A stretch of 64,000 nucleotides of DNA from Octopus vulgaris (Eukaryota): positions 28,520,001 to 28,584,000 of the forward strand of contig OX597828.1 of assembly GCA_951406725.2 (NCBI GenBank). Reading direction: 5' to 3'. The notes beneath the pieces were generated by a model. That model was not told where the DNA came from. It ran no database searches and saw only the letters and a program-made list of their open reading frames with translations. Every line of letters starts with the position of its first letter. Positions within the stretch are counted from its first letter, which is position 1. The position numbers and the translations under genes were made by a program. Positions 41,811-55,500 of this stretch are shown piece after piece.

Positions 41811-43026
41811 CTAAAAACAAAAACCCTCCAAGCTCAGGGAGCGTATTGCGTAACTGTTTCCATTATAGGAAGTAACAGAAAGTTTGTTACATTAAGGTTT
41901 ACAAAAACTCGATATCCTTGGAATGGAAAGAGGTCTCTTTTTGTTATATCTTCGTTCAGTGTTTGAATACTTAAAATTACAGTCATTAAACTTTAGTGAT
42001 TAATTTATTTAACTTATATCAAACATTAATAAATATTTAACCTTTTAATTTAAAAAAAAATTATTGTGAGTTTGTTGAGCGTTCCAACTTTACTGTTTAT
42101 AGAACTTTATGTTGGAGAGAGAATTTTCCTTTTCAAAATTCTTCACAGATCGTGTAAAAACCCGCGATATTTCGATTACATTGCAGATAAACATGTAATC
42201 TATTAACCATCAGAAGCCTACGAGGTATCTACTGTATATAAATTTTCTCCTTGTACCTCGCTCAGTATTTCATTTACTCGTTCCCAAATTCTATTCATCC
42301 CCTCTGTATGTTGTGCTAATTCGCAGACGATAGATAAATCGCCGCTGGTTTCTAGACACAAAAGCATTCAACGTCCGTATTTGAAGGCATAAACAAATGC
42401 ACGGGAATATTAGACGCACCCCAATATCAGCGACACATATTCAAGGGGAAAATGTTTTTAGTGCATTATAGCTTATGGAAGGCTCATACAAACATTACTG
42501 TCTTAAGGCATGGACACACTGGACATTTGCCCGGCGTTCTCACGGGCCTAGGATCCCAATCCTAATCTATATATACTGTGGTTTGGTGTCAGTAGATAAA
42601 TACTACAGGTCCCAATGCATCGATTTGTCCAGGGTTTCAAATGTCTAGGAGTCCAATTCTGATCAATGCATACAGTGGCTTACTGTCAAGGAATAGATAT
42701 TATAGGGCTCAACGCATTTATTTTTCTTTGGGTGGAGGTCGGAACGATGCTAAGACGGCTTTACATGGGGAAGGGTGATTTTTCGAAACATTTTATTTTT
42801 TGCTGTGTCTGGAGAGAGTAATTCTCTTTTAGTGCCTTATTATTTAACACATTTTGGGGAAAAATTACCTTTTATATGCCATCAAATGCGGTGCATCTCT
42901 ACTCTAAGAAATGTGACGGTTTTTGGTGAGAATTTCATAAATAATTTGACATCTCACCCGAACGAAACAGCTTTTACACCGAAATTCTAGTCTTCTAGAA
43001 GTGTCATGTGTCAATGTCCTATATAA

Positions 43027-43827
43027 CACGGACCCCCAACCACCGGACTGCGGGCCAGTATCGGGCCGTGGATCATTTGGTACTGAGCCGCACAGAATGT
43101 TTTATTTCTATTTCATCGCTGTCTGCATGGTGCTTCATCATTACGTCCGTCTTTGCGTTCTGAGTTGAAATTCCGACGAAGTCGATTTTGCCTTTCATAA
43201 ATTTGGAGTCGATTAAATAAGCTCCAGTTAAGCTCTGGAGCCTAAGTAATCGACTGAACCCCCTCTCATATATTTCAGGCCTTGTGCCAATAATAAAAAA
43301 GGATTGATTGGAAGCACTCCGTCGCTTACGACGATGAGGGTTCCGGTTGGTCCGAATCAACGGAACAGCCTGCTCGTGAAATTAACGTGTAAGTGGCTGA
43401 GCACTCCACAGACACATGTACCCTTAACGTAGTTCTCGGGGATATTCAGCGTGACACAGAGAGTGACAAGGCCGGCCCTTTGAAATACAGGTACAACAGA
43501 AACAGGAAGTAAGAGTGAGAGAAAGTTGTAGTGAAAGAGTACAGCAGGGATCACCACCATCCCCTGCCGGAGCCTCGTGGAGCTTTGGGTGTTTTCGCCC
43601 AATAAACACTCACTACGCCCGGTCTGGGAATCGAAACCGCGATCCTATGACCGCGAGTCCGCTGCCCTAACCACTGGGCCATTGCGCCTCCAAAAGGATT
43701 ATATATGTCATAATTCAATTATATTCTGTGCACTTTATCGCGTTTTGTTATGTGCGTGATTCCTCCGGTTTATAAAAAAAAGTTGTCTTGCATGAAACGG
43801 TCTGCAAAAGAAAGTTGGGGACCGCTG
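43027..43827 (+). mobile_element. MER1-like hAT-Charlie MITE hosting nested SINEs
   Basis: Ends CACGGACCCCCAACC...GAGCCGCACAG and ...TTGTCTTGCATGAAAC...AAGTTGGGGACCGCTG; flanks CTATATAA / CTATAAAG look like a decayed 8-bp TSD. Confidence 0.7.
43306..43691 (-). mobile_element. Young SINE family B with TSD
   Basis: Near-identical to 8205-8583; TSD AAAAGGATT at 43297-43305 and 43692-43700. Confidence 0.9.
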
Positions 43828-45399
43828 CTATAAAGGTACGACTATCTTAAATAAAGATGTTGAAAAAAAATAGTCAACTCGGTGGCTTTAAAATCAGTGT
43901 CAAACGAAAGACCTTCTGCTAAATTGAGTCTCTAACTTTACAAAATACGTTTTGCCGCTTATTAGAACCCAAGTCTGTCTGTTTATCTGCTTCTCTCTCT
44001 TTCTTTCTCCTATAATATGTTACTTTCGACTTTAAAGACGTTGTCGTAACTGTTATTATTGTTGTTGTTGTTGTTGTTGTTGTACTTCTGTCATTGTGTC
44101 TCATCGTCTCCATAACTTCAGTTAATGTCGATAGATGTAACGTTTTAACGTCGTAAGCCATGTAAGTACGTTGTTATTGTTATTATGTGTAAGACTTTTT
44201 TTCTTTCGTGCATAGCCTTAGCGAAGATCTCTTTTCTTATTTTTCGTTTCGCTTTTTTTTCTCTTTTTTGGGGGGTTTGTCTTTTTTTTTTATAAGGGTT
44301 GTTATTTATTTTTTATGATTCTAATTAATTCCTTCACTGTCTGTTATTTCTTCTGTGATGTATGTAATATAGAAAGCAGAAAGGTGGGTGGTGGTGGTGG
44401 TGGTGGGTGGATGGGAAAAGGCTATGTAAATAAATAAGTAAATAAATATGTAAATAAACAAATAAGAAATAAAATACAGTAAAAAAAAAGGAGCAGGAAA
44501 AAAATATTAGGATAGCATTTTCACACACACAAACACACACACGCACACACACGTATATGGGTACACAAGAGCACAAACTGACACTCACATACACACAAAA
44601 ACAAACTCTCTCCCCGCTCTCTCTCTCTGACGCACACTCACACAAACATAATTGCGAAAGATTATTCATTTCAAGAACATGCCGAAATGCATATGGAATG
44701 CTTAGAAAAAAATTATATACATACATACATATTATGTGTGTGTGTGTATATAATGTATATATATTACATATATACATAAGTGTGTGTGTGTGTGTGTATA
44801 AGACGAATAACAAACAAAATAAGGCGAAAAAAATTTCCAAGACCAAACAAGATTCTATTAACCCGAAACTTGGAAGTGTCGGGTGAATAAAGCCTGCAAT
44901 CCTTCAAGTAAATAACTAAATTTGTCTACAAATGGTGGTGGTGTTGGGTGGGTGGGGAGAAGGGAAATAAATGGTGGTGGTGGTGGTGGTGGTGGTGTAG
45001 ATGGTGATGAGAAGGGTAACGAGTGTGTTATTGTTGTTGGTGGTGGTGTTACTGATGAAACTGAAGGGTGGGGGGGCGATAACGGAGGAGCATGTCTTGA
45101 TGATGGTGGTGGTGGTGGTGATGCAGTTGATGATAATTAATATTTGTGATGATGATGATGATGATGATGATGGGCGTGATGATAGTAATGATAGAGGAAA
45201 GTGATGGTGGTGGTGGTGGTCGTCGTGGTGGTGGTCGTGGCGATGATTGTAATGAGGTTGAGAAAGATGGGGTGGGGGGGGGGAGATGATGGTAATGATT
45301 CCAACGATGTTGATGATAATGACTGTGCTGGGCGATTACAATGATGACGACGATGAAAATTGAATAACATGGAGAATGGTGAAAAGATGAGGATGTTTT

Positions 45400-46200
<801 letters not shown>

Positions 46201-46542
46201 ACAACGAGGAGAAAGAAGATGGCGACGGTGGTTGTAAGTAGAGGAGAGTAGAGGCGAGCGTTGAGGTGATAAGAGTTATACTAAGATGGCGGTGTATGTA
46301 TAAAATGGCGCTTTTCTTCGGTGGCGATGTAATGTTGGTGTATAATAATATAAGAGAGAGTCCAATGAAATAAGTGTCGTTTGTGTCAGAGCACAGACAC
46401 AGGGAGTCTATCATCAACATCATTTCCTTTCATCCATCTTAACCGGAAATTGCAAGTGAGATTTCAACAGCAACTAGAGGCTCTGTGCATGAAACACGGC
46501 AAAAACGAAAGAAAACATGAGAACCCGAGTATTTTCTTGGAC

Positions 46543-46547
46543 ACTAC

Positions 46548-46584
<37 letters not shown>

Positions 46585-46609
46585 TTACTACTACTACTAC
46601 TACTACTAC

Positions 46610-46647
<38 letters not shown>

Positions 46648-46648
46648 T

Positions 46649-46717
<69 letters not shown>

Positions 46718-46718
46718 T

Positions 46719-46759
<41 letters not shown>

Positions 46760-46825
46760 ATAATAATAATAATAATAATAATAGTAATAATAATAAAACG
46801 ACGACCATCATCGTAATGTTTTCTT

Positions 46826-46886
<61 letters not shown>

Positions 46887-46905
46887 TAATAATGATAATA
46901 ATAAC
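46543..46905. repeat. Alternating (AAT)n/(ACT)n compound microsatellite, triplicated block
   Basis: (AAT)n-AAAATT-(ACT)n repeated three times. Confidence 0.9.
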
Positions 46906-47518
46906 TTATTGCCACAAGGGCGATTGGTGACGGGGATTTTATAAGGACAGGTTTATATATATATTTGTGTGTGTGTGTGTGTGTGTGTGAAATAGAGTGA
47001 GTTGGTGATAGTGGTAATAGAAGCTTACACAGGAATCTTATAAATAAATAAATAAAAAGTAATGATGATAATAATAAATTGTTTATATATAAAACATGCA
47101 GTAATGTCAAATAAAATAATGTAAAACTACCAAAAGATGTCGCAAAATATACGATGAAAATAAGAGTTTACAAATAGGAACAACTGTTAACAACATGCTA
47201 GCAAATATTTCACTTTATTTTGATATATATGTGTACTTCTTTTTTCAGTTTAATTTTTGGTTTTATTATTTTTGCTTGTATATATATATATATACATATA
47301 TATATGTTTCAGTGCGAAATATATATATATATATATTTGTGTGTGTGTGTGTGTATATTAACTTATTTGTGTGCGGTTGTTTGACCTTTTAACACCAAGA
47401 CAAATACAAGATGTTCGTTTAACAGTAGATGTGAACAAGCAACAGCGTTGACAATATGCAAGTCTATATGATCTATATCTGTATATCTACACACACAGAC
47501 ATACGCAATGCATAAAAA

Positions 47519-47560
<42 letters not shown>

Positions 47561-47561
47561 T

Positions 47562-47594
<33 letters not shown>

Positions 47595-47709
47595 CTTGAG
47601 AGAGAGAGAGAGAGGGAGAGGGGTCCGTTTAACTACGCACAATCATGCTTATATAATTGACTGAACACTATCGTCATTGGGACATTATCACAACTGTCAA
47701 ACCTATTTA

Positions 47710-47934
47710 CAGTAATCTCTCGCCATATCGCGGTTCACTTATCGCGGTTTATTGTTTAAGCTTACGCCGATTCCTCCGTGGTGCTGTTTTGCATTTATAA
47801 TAAAATAAATATATACAAATTATAAAAATAATAATTATAAAAATATACAGCACAGTACTGTTTCTACTTCGTAGATATTCACCTATCGCGGGAGGTTTTG
47901 GAACGTAACACCCGCGATAGTCGAGGGACTACTC
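47710..47934. mobile_element. pogo/Tigger-type MITE
   Basis: TA|CAGTAATCTCTCGCCATATCGCG ... CGCGATAGTCGAGGGACTACT form imperfect TIRs. Confidence 0.75.
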
Positions 47935-48987
47935 TCTCTCTCTCTATCTATCTCTCTATTTATCTATATATATACATACATACATATATATATATATATA
48001 TGTGTGTGTGTGTAAAAAAATAAAAACTGGGACAAGAACGCAAAACATTCTAAATGTTTTGCGATACAAAAAAACACGGACGGGACATTCGAAGCCTTCA
48101 ATCGTCAGTCAAGAACCGGATCATCCTCGCAATTTCGGCTGATTAATATTTAGATTGCGCCAATCTAGCCAGCCCCAAGGAAAATCTAAGCTAAGCGCAT
48201 TAGATTCCTTGGAAGAAAGCTTCAAATGTATACAAGACAAAGACGGGAAAACGGACGATGTTACACGAATATGAATACAAAAGTACGTAAAAACAATAAT
48301 AATAATACGTAATAACAATAATGATAATAATAATAACAAAAACAGGACGTCACAAACAGGCGTCTTTCGACAGGACGAGTAAACTTGAGCTGGCGTGTTA
48401 GGAATGTGTCTTAGGGCAGAGAGAGAAAAAATGTGTGTTGCCGCGACGACTGCTAGACCCGAAAGGCCAGCAGTCGGTCAGTCAGTCACGTGTGAGGAGA
48501 AGAGAGAGAGGAAAAGAGGGACAGAGGAATTAAGGAGGGGGAGAAGAGAGAGAAAAAGGGGAACAAGGAATTAAGGAGGAGGAGAAGAGAGAGCGAGAAA
48601 GAGACAGATCAAAGTGAAGTGCAAAGTAAGAAAAGCAGAGAAATGTAATTCCTTTTCATTTTCATTGTGTCAATGATTGGACTCTGACCATGCTGGGGCA
48701 CTGCCCTGAAAGGTTTAGTCAAACGAATCGATCCCAGTATTTATATTTTTAAAGTTTGGTGCTTGTTCTACCGCCTCTTTTTGCCAAACCGCTAAGTTAC
48801 ATCGACGTAAACAAACCAACACCGGTTGTCAGAACGTAACTGCAGACGAAATACACATACACATGAAGACACTGAAAATACTTCACTACAATGGGAAAGT
48901 TTACGAAAATAAACAAAAGACGAAGGCAGGTGAAGTACAAACAAACAAATGTATTAGTATAGCGCTCAGGAATAGAAATAGAAAAAG

Positions 48988-49025
48988 TCTTTGACGTTTC
49001 GAGCCTACGCTCTTCGACAGAAAGA
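48988..49025 (-). ncRNA. Hammerhead-like motif with A6>U core variant
   Basis: TCTTT-CTGTCGA-A-GAGC(GTAG)GCTC-GAAA-CG-TC-AAAGA. Confidence 0.65.
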
Positions 49026-49533
49026 TACACAGAAAAAAACAAGGAGAGAAATGCGTGTAGGAGCTAACGATCTATCAGGCACATACACATATATGTGTGT
49101 GTGTGTGAATACATTAGATGGATAGAGAAAAAATATTTCCACGTATGCATATGTGTGTGTGTATGTATACTCCCCACATTGAAGGGTTTAATCGAACAAA
49201 TCGATCCTGAAACTTCTTTTAAAATCTGGTAATTATTCTATCGTTCCTTTTTTGCCGAACCGCTGCATGACGGTGACGAAAACAGACCATCCATCACCGA
49301 TCGTCTCGCGGTGATCGAGGACAAACAGGAACAGGAAGACACACGCCCATAGATACACACACAGTCGCTTACACATACACACACACTACACACACATACA
49401 CACACGCATACGTCAATTTGCATATATATATACACACACTATATATAAGTGTGTGTGTGTATGTATGCACACACATGCAAGCGTACATATACCTATATAT
49501 GTGTGTGTATATGTATAGATATGTACATGTATA

Positions 49534-52500
49534 TCTATATATGTAAAAGTGAAATTGTATGAGTGTCTGTCTCCTACGATTTAGATTCCTAACTACTCCC
49601 ACATTTTGCGGTGCAGTTTAACGAAATTCGGGTATCTTATAGTCGTGATTCATATCGAGCCCGTCTGGGTATTAGCGCGCGTCTACGATGAGTCTACGAT
49701 TTTAAAATTAAATTAACGTCATTTTTTTCCATTTCTTCCAATTTTTTCGTGTGTCCATGGCGGCGGAGTTGGCGTCCACGCTCACACCTGCACCTGTGTT
49801 GCTTCTCCCCCTTCTTCCCTCCCTCGCAAAGTGTGACTGCGCATGCGCGAACGTGTGACTGCGCATGCGCGAAAGTGTGACTGCGCATGCACGAACGTGT
49901 GACTGCGCATGCGCGAAAGAGTGACTGCGCATGCGCGAACGTATGACTGCGCATGCGCGAAAGTGTAACTGCGCATGCGCAAAGGTCTGACTGCGCATGC
50001 GCAAACGTGTGACTACGCATGCGCGAACGTCTGACTGAGCATGCGCGAAACTGCTACTGCGCATGCGCGAACGTCTGATTGCGCATGCGTGAACGTGTGA
50101 CTGCGCTTGTGCGAATGTGCTACTGCGCATCGCGCGAACGTGTATCTGCGCATGCGCAACACTGCTACTGCGCATGTGGATGGTGGCGGAGTTGGCGTCC
50201 ATGCTCACACCTGCAACTCTGTTAAAGTGTGACTGCGCATGCGCGAACGTATGACTGCGCATGCGCGAACATCTGACTGCCATTGCGCGAAAGTGCTACT
50301 GCGCATGCGCAAACGTGTGACTGCGCATGCGCTAAAGCCTAACTGCGCATGCGCGAATGTCTGACTGCGCATGCGCTAAAGTGCTACTACGCATGCGCAA
50401 AGGTCTGACTGCGCATGCGCAAACGAGTGACTGCGCATGCGCAAACGTCTGACTGCGCATGCGCGAAAGTACTACTGCGCATGCGCGAATGTGTTACTGC
50501 GGATGCGCGAAATTGCTATTGCGCATGCGCAAACGTCTGACTGCGCATGTGCGAATGTCTCACAGCGCATGCGCGAATGTGCTACTGCGCATGCATGAAC
50601 GTCTGACTGCGCATGCGCAGTAGCACATTCGCGCACGCGCAGTCAGACATTCGCGCATGCGCAGTTAGACGTTAGCGCATGCGCAGTCACACGTTTGCGC
50701 ATGCGTAGTAGCACTTTCGCGCATGCGCAGTCAGATTTTCGCGCATGTGCAATCAGACGTTAACGCATGCGCAGTAGCACTTTCGCGCATGCGCAGTCAG
50801 ACGTTCACGCATGCGCGGTCACACGTTTGCGCATGCGCAGTCAGACGTTCCCGCATGCGCAGTTAAACGTTCGCGCATGCGAAGTAGCACATTCGCACAT
50901 GCGCAGTCAAAAGTTCGCGCATGCGCAGTCAGACTTTTGCGCATGCGCAACCAGACGTTCGCGCATGCGCAGAAGCACTTTCGTGCATGCGCAGTCACAC
51001 TCTAACAGAGTTGCAGGTGTGAGCATGGTCGCCAACTCCGCCGCCATCGACACACAAAAAAATTGGAAGAAATAGAAAAAAATTATGTTAAATTATTGCA
51101 CCGCAAAATGTGGGAGTAATTAGGAATCTAAATCGTAGGAAACAGACACAACTTCACTTTTATATTAGTGTGATTGCGTAGTCACACGTTCGCGCATACG
51201 CAGTAGCAGTTTCGCGCATGATCAGTCAGACGTTTGCGCATGCGCAGTCACACGTTCGAGCATGCGCAGTAGCACATTCGAGCATGCGCAGTAGTACTTT
51301 CGCGCATGCGCATTCAGACGTTTGCGCATGCGCAGTCAGACGTTCGCGCATGCGCGGTCACACGTTTGCGCATGCGCAGTCAGACCTTTGCGCATGCGCA
51401 GTTACACTTTTGCGCATGCGCAGTCAGACGTACGCGCATGCGCAGCCAGACGTTTGCGCATGCGCAGTCACACGTTCGCGCCTGCGTAGTAGCAGTTTCG
51501 CGCATGCGCAGTCAGACGTTCGCGCATGCGCAGTCAGACGCTAATACACAGACGCTCGATATGAATCACGACTATAAGATACCCGAATTTCGTTAAACTG
51601 CACCTCAAAATGTGTGAGTAATTAGGAATCTAAATCGTAGGAGACAGACACACAACTTCACTTTTATATAAGTATGAATGCGCACTCAGACGTTCGCGCA
51701 TGCGCAGTCACACGTTCGCGCATGCCCAGTCAGACGTTCGCGTATGCGCAGTCACACGTTTGCGCATGCGCAGTTACACGTTCGCGCATGCGCAGTAGCA
51801 GTTTCGCGCATGCGCAGTAGTACTTTTTATATAAGTGTGATTGCGCAGTCACACTTTCGCGCATGCGCAGTTACACGTTCGCGCATGCGCAGTTGCAGTT
51901 TCGCGCATGCACAGTCACACATTTGCGCATGCGCAGTCAGACCTTTGCGCATGCGCAGTTACACTTTTGCGCATGCTCAGTAGCAGCTTCGCGCATGCGC
52001 AGTACACGTTCGCGGATGCGCAGCCAGACCTTTGCGCATGCGCAGTATCACTTTTGCGCATGCGCAGTTGCAGTTTCGCGCATGCGCAGTCAAACGTTTG
52101 CGCATGCGCAGTAGCACTTTCGCGCATGCGCAGTCAGATGTTTGCACATGCGCAGTCATACGTTTGCGCATGCGCAGTCAGACATTCGCGCATGCGCAGT
52201 TAGATGTTAGCGCATGCGCAGTCACATGTTTGCGCATGCGCAGTCACACGTTTGCGCATGCCCAGTAGCACTTTCGCGCACGCGCAGTCAGATGTTCGCG
52301 CATGCGCAGTCCGACGTTCGCGCATGCGCAGTAGCACTTTCGCGCATGCGCAGTCAGATGTTCGCGCATGCGCTGTCAGATGTTCGCGCATGCGCAGTCA
52401 GACGTTCGCGCATGCATGCACAGTCAGACGTTCGCGCATGCCGCAATCGACACGAAAAAATTGGAAGAAATAGTAAAAAATTATAAATTATTTTTTAAAT

Positions 52501-55500
52501 CGTAGACTCATCTTAGACGCGCGCTAATACCCAGACGGGCTCGATATTCATATCGAGCCCGTCTGGGTATTAGCGCGTGTCTAAGATGAGATACCCGACT
52601 TTCGTAAAACTGCACCGCAAAATGTGGGAGTAATTAGGAATCTAAATCGTAGGAGACAGACACACAACTTCACTTTTATATAAGTGTGATTGCGCAGTCA
52701 CATGTTCGCGCATGCGCAGTTACACGTTCGCGCATGCGCAGTCAGACATTCGCGCATGCGTAGTCAGACGTCCGCGAATGCGCAGTTGCAGTTTCGCGCA
52801 TGCGCAGTCACACGTGTTGGCATGCGCAGCCAGACCTTTGCGCATGCGCAGTTTCACTTTTGCGCATGCGCAGTTTCACTTTTGCGCATGCGCAGTTTCA
52901 CTTTTGCGCATGCGCAGTAGCACTTTCGCGCATGCGTAGACAGACGTTTGCGCATGCGCAGTCAGACGTTCGCGCATTCGCAGTCAAACGTTCGCGCATG
53001 CACAGTCACACATTCACGCATGCGCAGTATTACTTTCGCGCATGCGCAGTTACGCGGTTGCGCATGCGCGGTCAGACGTTTGCGCACGCGCAGTAGCACT
53101 TTCGCGCGTGCGCAGTCAGACATTCGCGCATGCGCAGTTAGACGTTAGAGCATGCGCAGTCACACGTTTGCGCACGCGCAGTAGCACTTTCGCGCATGCG
53201 CAGTCAGATGTTCGCGCATGCGCAGTCAGACGTTTGCGCATGCGCAGTCAGACGTTCGCGCATGCGCAGTAGCGCTCTCGCGCATGCGCAGTTAGATGTT
53301 CGCGCATGCGCTGTCAGACGTTTGGGCATGCGCAGACATACGTTCGCGCATTCGCAGTCACACGTTCTCGCATGCGCAGTCATACATTCGCGCATGCGCA
53401 GTATTACTTTCGCGCATGCGCAGTTACGTGTTTGCGCATGCGCTGTCAGACGTTTGCGCATGCGCAGTAGCACTTTCGCGCATGCGCAGTCAGATATTCG
53501 CGCATGCGCAGGTAGACGTTAGAGCATGCGTAGTCACATGTTTGCAAACGCGCAGTAGCAATTTCGCGCATGCGCAGTCAGATGTTCGTGCATGCGCAGT
53601 CCGACGTTCGTGCACGCGCAGTAGCACTTTCGCGCATGCGCAGTCAGATGTTCGCGCATGCGCAGTCATACGTTCGCGCATGCGCAGTCAGACGTTTGCG
53701 CATGCCGCCATCGGCACACGAAAAAATTGGAAGAAATGGAAAAAATGTTAAATTATTTTTTAAATCGTAGACTCATCTTAGACGCGCGCTAAAACCCAGA
53801 CGGGCTCGATATGAATCACGACTATAAGATACCCCAATTTCGTTAAACTGCACCGCAAAATGTGGGAGTAATTAGGAATCTAAATCGTAGGAGACAGACA
53901 CACATCTTCACTTCTATATAAGTGTGATTGCGCAGTCACACGTTCGCGCATGCGCAGTCACATGTTCGCGCATGCGCAGTCACACGTTTGCGCATGCGCA
54001 GTCAGACCTTTGTGCATGCGCAGTTTCACTTTTGCGCATGCGCAGTAGCACTTTGGCGCATGCGCAGTCACAGGTTTGCGCATGCGCAGTAGCACTTTCG
54101 CGCATGCGCAGTCAGATATTCGCGAATGCGCAGTCAGACGTTCGCGCATGCGCAGTAGCGCTCTCGCGCATGCGCAGTCAGATGTTTGCGCATAGGAAGT
54201 CATACGTTCGCGCATTTGTAGTCACACGTTCGCGCATGCGCAGTCACACATTCGCGCATGCGCTGTATTACTTTCGCGCATGCGTAGTCAGACGTTCGCG
54301 CATGCGCAGTCACCCGTTTGCGCATGCGCGGTCAGATGTTTGCGCATGCGCAGTAGCATTTTCGCGCATTCGCATTCAGACATTCGCGCATGCGCAGTTA
54401 GACGTTAGCGCATGCGCAGTGGGACGTTAGCGCATGCGCAGTCACACTTTTGCGCATGCGCAGACACACGTTTGCGCATGCGCAGTAGCACTTTCGCGCA
54501 TTTGCAGTCAGATGTTCGCGCATGCGCAGTCCGACGTTCGCGCATGCGCAGTACCATTTTCGCGCATGCGCAGTCAGATTTTCGCGCATGCGCAGTCAGA
54601 TGTTCGCGCATGCGCAGTCAGATGTTCGCGCATGCGCAGTCATACGTTCGCGCATGCAAAGTCAGACGTTCGCGCATGCCGCCATCGACACACGAAAAAA
54701 TTGGAAGAAATAGAAAAAAATGATAAATTATTTTTTAAATCGTAGACTCATCTTAGACGCGCGCTAATACCCAGACGGGCTCGATATGAATCACGACTAT
54801 AAGATACCCGAATTTGGTTAAACTGCACCGCAAAATGTGGGAGTAATTAGGAATCTAAATCGTAGGAGACAGACACACAACTTCACTTTTATATAAGTGT
54901 GATTGCGCGGTCACACTTTCGCGCATGCGCAGTCACACGTTCGCGCATGCGCAGTCACATGTTCGCGCATGCACAAGTTTAAGTTCGCGCATGCGCAGTC
55001 ACACGTTTGCGCATGCGCAGTCAGACCTTTGCGCATGCGCAGTCAGACCTTTGCGCATGCACAGTTACACTTTCGCGCATGCGCAGTCACATGCTCGCGC
55101 ATGCGCAGTCAGACGTACGCGCATGCGCAGCCAGACGTTTGCGCATGCGCAGTCACACGTTCGCGCATGCGCAGTCAGACGTTCGCGCATGCGCAGTCAG
55201 ACGCTAATACACAGATGGGCTCGATATGAATCACGACTATAAGATACCCGAATTTCGTTAAACTGCACCTCAAAATGTGGGAGTAATTAGGAATCTAAAT
55301 AGTAGGAAACAGACACACAACTTCACTTTTATATAAGTATGAATGCGCAGTCAGACGTTAACGCATGCGCAGTCACACGTTCGCGCACGCGCAGTCAAGC
55401 GTTCGCGCATGCGCAGTTACACGTTTGCGCATGCGCAGTCAAACGTTCGCGCATGCGCAGTAGCAGTTTCGCGCATGCGCAGTAGCAGTTTCGCGCATGC

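Noticed and set aside
46216-46310. Cluster of YY1-like AANATGGCG motifs
   Set aside because: They are easily generated from the adjacent GATGGCG-containing microsatellite, with no other support.
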